From Thermoplasmatota archaeon (GTDB lineage Archaea; Thermoplasmatota; Thermoplasmata; UBA10834), in assembly GCA_022848805.1 (NCBI GenBank), contig JAJISI010000002.1:1-51533 (forward strand): a stretch of 51,533 bases of DNA, written 5' to 3'. Below the pieces are notes generated by a model that was not told the DNA's origin, made no database searches, and saw nothing but the letters and a program-made list of their open reading frames with translations. This document shows, piece after piece, positions 27,592 through 34,854 of this stretch; the stretch's first letter is position 1; each line of letters begins with the position of its first letter. The position numbers and the translations under genes were made by a program.

Positions 27592-27603
27592 TGTGACAAC
27601 ACA

Positions 27604-29118
27604 TCAGAAGTTTCTCACGGTCTTCAGCTTCGACCCGTCGGCGCGTCTCACGTTTATCTCAAGGGCCGGAGAGCCGTTCAGAGCGTGTGTTCCGCAGGAG
27701 TTGCATGGGTCATAGCATCGGAAAGCCATCTCGACCTTGTTCAGCAGTCCTTGGGAGACCTCGCCGTTCTGGATCAACGCCTTCGCCGCCTGCACGACAC
27801 TCGTGTTGATCGCAGCGTTGTTGTTCGTCGTCGCGACGATCATGTTGATCTTCGTGCATAGCCCGTCCTTGTCCGAGGCGTAGTGGTGTATCAGCGTACC
27901 TCTGGGAGCTTCGCATATGCCCACGCCTTCCGTCGGCTCCTTGAACTCGCCCCGTGTGTCATCGCTCGTGATGACGTCGTCAGTGGCCAGCTCGAGCATC
28001 CTCTCCGCAGCGTGCTGCAACTCGATCACCCTAGCCCAATGGAACGCGAGCGTGTGGTGGACGGGGCCTGTCACTCCCAGGTCCTTCACTGTCTTGGCCA
28101 GTACCTCGTACTCCGCCTGTGCGAGGGGAGTCGTGTAGCCCTCGCAGACGTTTATCCTGCCTAGGGGTCCGACCCTGTATATCCCGCTCGACGGGCCTGT
28201 GGTGAAGCCGTTCCAGCCAACGCTCTTCAGATATGGCATCTTCATGTATGACCACGGTTCGACGTGCTCGGCGATGATGTCGAGATACTCGCTCGGCTTG
28301 AACTTGACGACCTCCTTGCCAGCCTGGTCGACGACACGTACGTCCCCGTCGTAGAAGTTGCTCTTGTTGTCCTTGTCGACCATTCCCATGTAGTATGTCT
28401 CGAGGTAGTACGCGTCCTGGTTCAGTATGAGGCCGAGGTAGTCCTGGTTTGCCAGCACGACATCGTGGAACAGCTTGATCGTGAACTTGCCGAACTCGAT
28501 GCACGACCTTGCCATCTCCTCCATCTGAGCGCGCTCCTCCTCACTTATCTGCTTCGAGACGCCGCCTGGCAGGCCGAAGCACGGATGCGTGGCCCTCCCT
28601 CCGACGATCTCCTGCACCTTCTGACCGTACGAGCGGTGCTTGATGACCTCTCCGCCGATCTCGACGCCGACGGCATCCACCACTCCCAAGATATTCCTCT
28701 TGTTGGACGGCGCAGACGGTCCCAGCACGAAGTCGGGCGCTGCAAGCGCGTAGAAGTGTGCTATGTGGCTGTGGACGTACTGACCCATGTAGAATAAATC
28801 TCTCAGTTTTGTCGCCGTCTCTGTCGGGGTGGCGTCGAACACCGCGTCAAGCGTCTTCGTAGACGCTATGTGATGCGCGGCCGGGCAGACGCCACACAGC
28901 CTGTTGGTGATTATGGGCAGCTCCTGCACATGTCTGCCGATGCAGAACCTCTCGAAGCCTCTGAGCTCAGGGACCTGCCAGTAGGCATTGGCCACGTTCC
29001 CCTCGTCGTTCAGGAAGATCTCGATCTTGCCGTGTCCCTCGAGCCTTGTGATCGGGTCGATCGTGAGCTTCTTCTCGGTCGTCTTGGTCGTCGTATCGTT
29101 GATTATCGGTCCGGACAT
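27604..29118 (-). CDS. mvhA: [NiFe] hydrogenase large subunit, Mvh/group-3c-like
   Basis: RLEGHGKI, N-terminal RLCGVCPAAHH and C-terminal DPCNSCGTH Ni-Fe ligands, followed by a 26-residue cleavable extension (ALNGSP...TVRNF). Confidence 0.9.
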   Translation of the reverse strand: MSGPIINDTTTKTTEKKLTIDPITRLEGHGKIEIFLNDEGNVANAYWQVPELRGFERFCIGRHVQELPIITNRLCGVCPAAHHIASTKTLDAVFDATPTETATKLRDLFYMGQYVHSHIAHFYALAAPDFVLGPSAPSNKRNILGVVDAVGVEIGGEVIKHRSYGQKVQEIVGGRATHPCFGLPGGVSKQISEEERAQMEEMARSCIEFGKFTIKLFHDVVLANQDYLGLILNQDAYYLETYYMGMVDKDNKSNFYDGDVRVVDQAGKEVVKFKPSEYLDIIAEHVEPWSYMKMPYLKSVGWNGFTTGPSSGIYRVGPLGRINVCEGYTTPLAQAEYEVLAKTVKDLGVTGPVHHTLAFHWARVIELQHAAERMLELATDDVITSDDTRGEFKEPTEGVGICEAPRGTLIHHYASDKDGLCTKINMIVATTNNNAAINTSVVQAAKALIQNGEVSQGLLNKVEMAFRCYDPCNSCGTHALNGSPALEINVRRADGSKLKTVRNF

Positions 29119-29124
29119 CTTGAA

Positions 29125-30138
29125 TCACCCCTTCCTCTTGCGCTCCTTCACAGTCCTCTTGAGGAGGGACTTGGGGAGCGTGAAGGCGTAGAAAGTCCCG
29201 ATCGGGTCTTTCACCTGCATCATAAGTTCCATTATCTGCTCCTCACTTAACTTTGACTCCGAATCCGTGATGTTGAGGATCGAAGCTAGCGCGCTCAGCA
29301 TGCTACCTCCGTGGTCCATGACGGCCTTCGTCGGGCCCATGCAACCCCTACAGGGCATGTTGGCGACCGGGCACATCGCACCACAGCCCGCGCGCGTCGC
29401 GGGCCCTATGCATATTATGCCCTGGTCCAAGAGGCACTTCTTGGGATCCGCTTTGATCTCATACGCCTGATATATCCTGTCGATGGTTTTGCCCTTCTCG
29501 ACCCTCTCGCGGTCGCACTCGTCGCAGAGCGTCTTGTCAGATGCGATGACAGTGCCCTTCGGCGGCAGAGGCGCCCCCTCCTTCACGTGCTTCAAGAGAG
29601 CACCGACCGCCACCATGATGAGGTCGACCGTGGGCGGACAACCCGGCATGAAGTAATCGACATCCACGACCTCGTCCAGAGTCTTCACGGTGTCGTAGAA
29701 TTCCGGCAGGGTCAACTCTCCCTCCGGCACCATCACACTCGTCTGCGGCGTCACGAAATCGGGATTGTCGGTCGACTCGGTGTCCTTGTAGACTGTCTGG
29801 AAGACCTCCTCCTTGTTCGTCACGTTCGCGAGGCCGGGTGTTCCGCCGAAGCATGCGCACGATCCGAAGCTTATCATTATGACGGATTTCTCCCTCAGCA
29901 CCTTCGCGACGTGCTCGTTCTCGCTGTTCCTTATGGCGCCGTTGTAGAACGCTACCGTGATCGACTTGTCCGGCATCTGCTCCAATTCGTGTAGCTTGCC
30001 GTCGAAACCTATCGGCCAGAACACCACATCGGCTATGGCGTGCAAATCCAGTATCTTTGCGTCTATGTCCAGGAGCGCGACGTCGCATCCCCCGCAACCC
30101 GCGCCCCAGTACTGCGCGATCTTGATCTTATCTGCCAT
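29125..30138 (-). CDS. mvhG: [NiFe] hydrogenase small subunit, Mvh-like
   Basis: MADKIKIAQYWGAGCGGCDVALLDI..GSCACFGG..GCPP..CPVANMPCRGCMGP. The ATG at 30138 follows GGAGGTGA. The 132-codon upstream extension in the ORF track is Arg/Asp/Gly-rich and overlaps the better-supported ORF 30141-30524 in another frame. Confidence 0.88.
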   Translation of the reverse strand: MADKIKIAQYWGAGCGGCDVALLDIDAKILDLHAIADVVFWPIGFDGKLHELEQMPDKSITVAFYNGAIRNSENEHVAKVLREKSVIMISFGSCACFGGTPGLANVTNKEEVFQTVYKDTESTDNPDFVTPQTSVMVPEGELTLPEFYDTVKTLDEVVDVDYFMPGCPPTVDLIMVAVGALLKHVKEGAPLPPKGTVIASDKTLCDECDRERVEKGKTIDRIYQAYEIKADPKKCLLDQGIICIGPATRAGCGAMCPVANMPCRGCMGPTKAVMDHGGSMLSALASILNITDSESKLSEEQIMELMMQVKDPIGTFYAFTLPKSLLKRTVKERKRKG

Positions 30139-30140
30139 GT

Positions 30141-30524
30141 TCAGCTCACCTCCTTGGTCGAAGTGTCGCTCCTCGGGACCGCCTTGTACTGCGGCGACTG
30201 TCCAGTCATGCCGACCTGCTCGATCTGCCTCCATCGCTTGAGGGCGATGACGTGCTTGACTATCTCGGGCTTCGGCAGACCCGTCGCGTCGTGCAGCTCG
30301 TGCACGGTCTGTGGGCCGGCCTCCATCTGCAGCAGGAGCATGTTCCTCTCGAGCTCCACCGAGGCCGCCTTCTCCAGTATGAAGCTGTAGCGGGCGTCGG
30401 TGATCGTCTCGCCGAACACGTTCTCGGATGTCGTCAGCGACTCCTTCTTGCCAAGCAGCCACCGTATCCGCTCTCCCTCGAGCGTCCTGAGCGCCGCATG
30501 TATCTTTACCTCCCTCGGGTTCAT
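30141..30524 (-). CDS. Unassigned 127-aa protein with C-terminal winged-helix-like segment (free-standing copy of the domain fused to MvhD at 34023-34397)
   Basis: Tightly packed between mvhD (2-nt gap) and mvhG (2-nt gap). HTH-like QTVHELHDATGLPKPEIVKHVIALKRWRQIEQV. Hand alignment to the C-terminal half of ORF 34023-34850 gives 23 identities in 92 ungapped positions. Confidence 0.6.
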   Translation of the reverse strand: MNPREVKIHAALRTLEGERIRWLLGKKESLTTSENVFGETITDARYSFILEKAASVELERNMLLLQMEAGPQTVHELHDATGLPKPEIVKHVIALKRWRQIEQVGMTGQSPQYKAVPRSDTSTKEVS

Positions 30525-30526
30525 CC

Positions 30527-30988
30527 TCAGTCACCGCCTCCCATGGGGGATGGGCCGATCTCCTCTATCGTCTTAGTGAAGCTGACCATCGTCTTCTGGA
30601 ACTTCTCGCCCTCTCCGGCGGATATCCACTCGAGGCGCAGTCTGTCCGGATCGAACCCGAACTGCTGGATCAGCATCCTCAGCAACGCGATTCTCCTGCG
30701 CGTTCTGTAGTTGCCGCCTATGTAGTGGCAATCTGCCGGGTGGCAGCCTGCGACTAGGACGCCATCTACTCCCTTCTGGAACGCTCTCAGGACGAACTCA
30801 GGGTCCACTCTGGCCGAGCACATGACCCGTATCACTCTGAAGTGCGGCGGCATCTGTAGCCTGCTGACGCCTGCGAGGTCCGCGCCTGCGTACGAGCACC
30901 AGTTGCAGCAGAAGACGATTATCTTCGGTTCGAAGTCGTCGCCCTCGGCCTTCTCCTGGCTCTGGGCGTTCGGCGTTGCGCTGCTCAT
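30527..30988 (-). CDS. mvhD: MvhD (FlpD-family [2Fe-2S] electron-transfer subunit)
   Basis: [64 protein letters not shown]. Confidence 0.9.
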   Translation of the reverse strand: MSSATPNAQSQEKAEGDDFEPKIIVFCCNWCSYAGADLAGVSRLQMPPHFRVIRVMCSARVDPEFVLRAFQKGVDGVLVAGCHPADCHYIGGNYRTRRRIALLRMLIQQFGFDPDRLRLEWISAGEGEKFQKTMVSFTKTIEEIGPSPMGGGD

Positions 30989-33900
30989 TGCTTCACCTCC
31001 TGCTTGTCCGCGGTCTCCTCTAGCGCCGCATCTATCATCGCTACGATCTGCTCGTCACTGAAGCCCTTCTGGGTCAGCGCGCCTGAGGGGCAGGCGCCGA
31101 TGCACGCCCCGCAACCTTTGCAGAGGCCCACGTTGACATCCACGAGCTTCTTCCCCTCCTCTTTCTCGTTAGGGACGATCTCGAGCGCCTTGTACTCGCA
31201 CGTCGGGACACATAATCCGCAGCCGTCGCAGAACGTCTCGTCGAGGCTCGCTACGATGCCCTCCGCCTCGAGGGTCGTCTTCGACAGCACAGTCATCGCG
31301 CGCGAGACGGTGGCCAGGCCTTGGCCGATGCACTCGTCCAGGAACTTCGGCCCGTGCGCTAGACCTGCGACGTACACTCCCTCCGTGGCGAAGTCGACCG
31401 GCCTGAGTTTCATGTGCGCCTCGAGGAAGAATCCCTCCTTCATGATGGGTACCTTCAGCATCGGCGCGAGTTCCTCGGAGCCGTCACTCGGCCGCGTGCC
31501 CGTGGCGAGCACCAAGTTGTCGGGCGTGAGCACGACCTCCTTGTCAGTGTCCTCATCCGTCACGCGCACCTCTATCTTGCCGCCCTTGTCTTCGACCACC
31601 GGCTTGGCGTCGTCATCGAACCTTATGAAGGTCACGCCCTTCTCGGCAGCCTCCTTGTAGTACTTCTCGCGGAAGCCGTAGGTTCTGATGTCTCTGTAGA
31701 GAACGAATACCTTCGCGTCGGGGTCTTTTTCCTTGATCTTGATCGCCGCGGTCATCGTGCCCGCACAGCACACGCGCGAGCAGTTCGGGTGCCCGTCCTC
31801 TCGCGAGCCGACACATTGGATGAACACGTACGAGTCCCCTTTCGCCTCGCCCCTCTTGAGCTTGGCCTTGAACTCGAGCAGGGTCATCACGCCTGGGTTC
31901 TTGCCGTAGAGGTACTCGCCATCCGGTTTGTACTCCTGCCCTCCGACGGCTAATGTGACCGTGCCGTGCTCTATCTCCTCGCCGGACTCGAGCGTGGTCT
32001 TGAAGTTGCCGACATACCCGTCGATGTCCTTGATCGTCTTACCGATGTAGGTCGTTATATTCGGGTCGGATGTGACCTCCTTCGCGAGTGACTGGACGTA
32101 CTCCATCGGGTCGTCCCCGGACTGGAGGTAGTGCAGCTTGAGCAGGTTGCCGCCCAGCTCCTTCTCCTTCTCGACCAGGTGTACCTTCACACCCTGCTTC
32201 GCCAGCTCGAGAGCCGTCACCATGCCGACCGCGCCGCCACCGACCACTAACGCCTGCTGGTTGACATCGATTGTCAGGTTCTCCAGCGATTCCAGCAACC
32301 GGGACTTCGCGACTGCCATGCGCACGAGGTCTTTCGACTTCTTCGTCGCAGCGGTGGGCTCGTGCATGTGTATCCACGAACATTGGTCCCGTATGTTCGC
32401 CATCTCGAACAGGTACGGGTTGAGCCCAGCCTCCTTGATGGTGTTCTGGAACAGCGGTTCGTGCGTCCTGGGCGTGCAGCTCGCGACGACCACCCTGTTC
32501 AGGTTGTGCTCCTTCACCATCTGCTTGATCTTCTCCTGTGTGTCCTGTGAGCAGGTGTACAGGTTCTCCTCAGTGTACACCACATTCGGAAGGGACTTCG
32601 CGTACTCAGCCACCGACGGCACATTGACCACGCCGCCTATGTTGATCCCGCAGTGACACACGAACACGCCTATCCGTGGCTCCTGCTCCGAGACGTCTGT
32701 CTCGGCGGGATACTCCTTCTTCGTGACGAGCGTGTTCCTGGCCGAGGAGATCTCGGACGCGGCCTTCGCCGCCGCCCCACTCGCCTCCGCGACTGTCATC
32801 GGAATGTCCTTCGGAGACGAGAACGCGCCACTGACGAACACTCCTGGTCGGGATGTGCTGACCGGGGTGAACGCGCCAGTCTCGCAGAAACCGTCGTCGT
32901 TCAGGCTGAAATTCATGACCTTGCTGAGCGCCTCGGCATCCTCCGGAGGCCTCAGACCCACCGCCAGCACGACCAGCCCGAACTCCTCCTCCTTGGGCTC
33001 TCCCTTCTCCACGTAACTGACTATCAGATTCTTCGTTTCCGGGTCCTCGAACACAGACGCAACCCTGGAACGGACGAACTCGATGCCGTACTCGTCCTTG
33101 GCCCTGTTGTAGTACTCCTCGAACTCCTTCCCGAAGGTTCTCATATCCATGAAGAATATCTTGGGTTTGATGTTCCCGCCGTGCTCCTTGGCTATGATGG
33201 CCTCCTTGATGGAGTACATGCAGCAGACGCCGGAACAGTACTCGTTACCGACCTTCTCGTCCCTCGAGCCTACGCATTGAATGAACGCTATCTTCTCGGG
33301 TATGTCTCCGTCCGAAGGTCTCAAGACCGTGCCGAAGTGCGGTCCTGTGGCGCTGAGTATCCTCTCGAGCTCGATGCTCGAGACGACGTTCTGGTACACG
33401 CCGTACCCGTACTCCGCCTTCAACCGCGGGTCGAACTCGTCGAAGCCAGGCGATACGATGATCGAGCCGACCTTGATCTCGAAATCCTTCTCCTTCTGGT
33501 CGTAGTCGACCGCGTCGGCCTTGCACTCCTCCGCGCATATGCCGCACCCGATGCACTTGTCCTGGTCGATCGAGTATACGAGGGGCACTGCCTGCGGGTA
33601 CTTGACGAATATCGCCTTCCGCACCTTCGTGTTCTCGTTGTACTCGTCAGTCGTCTCTATCGGGCACTTCTGGGCGCAGCTGCCACAGCCCGTACACTTC
33701 GAAGCGTCCACTCTGAGCGCCCTCTGCTTGCCGGTCACCGTGAAGTTGCCTTCCTGTCCGTCGACTTTGACGATGTCCGCGTTCGTTATCAGCTCGATGT
33801 TGTGGTGTCTCCCGGTCGCGACGAGCTTCGGGGCCATGATGCACATGGCGCAGTCGTTCGTCGGGAAGGTCTTGTCGAGCTGGGCCATCGCGCCGCCTAT

Positions 33901-34026
33901 GCTCGGCTGCTTCTCGACCAGGTACACCTTGAATCCTGAGTCGGCCAGGTCCAGCGCCGACTGCAGGCCTGAGATGCCCCCTCCGACGACCATGACCGCT
34001 CCGGTCTTGTCACTAGCTGCCATCAC
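30985..34026 (-). CDS. Double-length HdrA-family flavoprotein (1013 aa; two thioredoxin-reductase-like FAD modules in tandem)
   Basis: Half A (res 1-~435): [20 protein letters not shown], inserted ferredoxin (CTGCGSCAQKCP, CIGCGICAEEC), [15 protein letters not shown]. Half B (res ~445-1013): [16 protein letters not shown] Cys domain, [24 protein letters not shown]-terminal 2x[4Fe-4S] (CDGCGLCVPTC, CKGCGACIGACP). Confidence 0.9.
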   Translation of the reverse strand: MMAASDKTGAVMVVGGGISGLQSALDLADSGFKVYLVEKQPSIGGAMAQLDKTFPTNDCAMCIMAPKLVATGRHHNIELITNADIVKVDGQEGNFTVTGKQRALRVDASKCTGCGSCAQKCPIETTDEYNENTKVRKAIFVKYPQAVPLVYSIDQDKCIGCGICAEECKADAVDYDQKEKDFEIKVGSIIVSPGFDEFDPRLKAEYGYGVYQNVVSSIELERILSATGPHFGTVLRPSDGDIPEKIAFIQCVGSRDEKVGNEYCSGVCCMYSIKEAIIAKEHGGNIKPKIFFMDMRTFGKEFEEYYNRAKDEYGIEFVRSRVASVFEDPETKNLIVSYVEKGEPKEEEFGLVVLAVGLRPPEDAEALSKVMNFSLNDDGFCETGAFTPVSTSRPGVFVSGAFSSPKDIPMTVAEASGAAAKAASEISSARNTLVTKKEYPAETDVSEQEPRIGVFVCHCGINIGGVVNVPSVAEYAKSLPNVVYTEENLYTCSQDTQEKIKQMVKEHNLNRVVVASCTPRTHEPLFQNTIKEAGLNPYLFEMANIRDQCSWIHMHEPTAATKKSKDLVRMAVAKSRLLESLENLTIDVNQQALVVGGGAVGMVTALELAKQGVKVHLVEKEKELGGNLLKLHYLQSGDDPMEYVQSLAKEVTSDPNITTYIGKTIKDIDGYVGNFKTTLESGEEIEHGTVTLAVGGQEYKPDGEYLYGKNPGVMTLLEFKAKLKRGEAKGDSYVFIQCVGSREDGHPNCSRVCCAGTMTAAIKIKEKDPDAKVFVLYRDIRTYGFREKYYKEAAEKGVTFIRFDDDAKPVVEDKGGKIEVRVTDEDTDKEVVLTPDNLVLATGTRPSDGSEELAPMLKVPIMKEGFFLEAHMKLRPVDFATEGVYVAGLAHGPKFLDECIGQGLATVSRAMTVLSKTTLEAEGIVASLDETFCDGCGLCVPTCEYKALEIVPNEKEEGKKLVDVNVGLCKGCGACIGACPSGALTQKGFSDEQIVAMIDAALEETADKQEVKQ
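32381..32504 (-). repeat. Near-identical nucleotide tract shared with 42590-42713 (paralogous double-HdrA genes)
   Basis: Hand alignment at a constant offset of 10209 nt gives 115 of 124 positions identical, including perfect runs of 29, 22 and 40 nt. Confidence 0.8.
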
Positions 34027-34850
34027 TGCTCACCCCCGATCTCGATGGTCTTGTAGAGCGGTGTGAACCCCTCCGGATGCTCCATCGCGATCATGCTGTT
34101 CTGTCTGAGTAGGACGATGTGCCTGAGGACCCTGTCCGTGGGCACCTCCATGACCATGCCCAGCTGTTTCACCGACATGGGTCTTATCCGTGCCAGCTCG
34201 AGTATAAGTGCCCTCTCGAACTCCTCCTCCGTGGCGACATCTATGATGCCGGTGAGTTTCTCAGGATCGACCGTGTCACCGTACGCATTCCCCTTGCTCA
34301 GGAGGTTGAACTCCTTCCCGACCAGGGCCTTCAGTCTGAATGTTTCGGAGGCGTCGTCAGCGGCTGCGACCTTCGCCTTCACCATATCATCCGTATGTAC
34401 CTTGCTCGGCCCCAGCTTCTGGATCTCTTCGGTGAATTCCGTCACGACCTTGGAGAACTTCTCTCCCTCGGACGCCGAGACCCATTCGAGCCTCAGCCGG
34501 CCCTCCTCGATCCCCGCTTCTCTGAGCAGCCTCTTCATCAGATTCACGCGCTTCTCCGTGTGGTAATTGCCCGTCATGTAGTGACAGTCGTTCAGGTGGC
34601 ATCCTCCAACGAGGATGCCGTCGGCACCGGCCTCGAGGACGTCGAGTACGATGTGCGGGCTCACCCTCGTGGAGCACATCACCCTGACGAGGCGGATGTT
34701 CGTCGGGTACTGGAACCTGCTGACGCCGCATAGATCGGCGCCTGCGTACGAGCACCAGTTGCACAGGAAGCCGACGATCTTCGGCTCCCATTCCTTGTCG
34801 GCCTCGGCCTCCTTCTTGCCGTGATGAGCGGTGTGATGCTTCTCCGTCAT
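34023..34850 (-). CDS. MvhD domain fused to the unassigned winged-helix-like domain
   Basis: N-terminal [61 protein letters not shown]. The C-terminal ~120 aa is homologous to ORF 30141-30524. The ATG at 34850 follows GGAGGAGGTG. The ORF-track start at 34889 would overlap the upstream gene. Confidence 0.85.
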   Translation of the reverse strand: MTEKHHTAHHGKKEAEADKEWEPKIVGFLCNWCSYAGADLCGVSRFQYPTNIRLVRVMCSTRVSPHIVLDVLEAGADGILVGGCHLNDCHYMTGNYHTEKRVNLMKRLLREAGIEEGRLRLEWVSASEGEKFSKVVTEFTEEIQKLGPSKVHTDDMVKAKVAAADDASETFRLKALVGKEFNLLSKGNAYGDTVDPEKLTGIIDVATEEEFERALILELARIRPMSVKQLGMVMEVPTDRVLRHIVLLRQNSMIAMEHPEGFTPLYKTIEIGGEQ

Positions 34851-34854
34851 GTCC

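Noticed and set aside
30139-30534. The ORF-track version of mvhG extends 132 codons upstream to 30534.
   Set aside because: The extension is Arg/Asp/Gly/Ala-rich with no hydrogenase similarity. It overlaps the separate 127-aa ORF in another frame. A GGAGGTGA site precedes the internal ATG at 30138, which gives the conserved MADKIKIAQYWGAGCGGCD N-terminus.
30884-30913. A ~26-30-nt sequence (GCCTGCGTACGAGCACCAGTTGCAGCAGAA and close variants) recurs at four loci (30884-30913, 34740-34765, 41142-41170, 44595-44624). At first sight it looks like a dispersed repeat or spacer-less CRISPR-like element.
   Set aside because: All four copies are in frame on the minus strand and encode the invariant MvhD cluster motif (F)[10 protein letters not shown]. 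They are conserved coding sequence of paralogous domains, not a repeat element.
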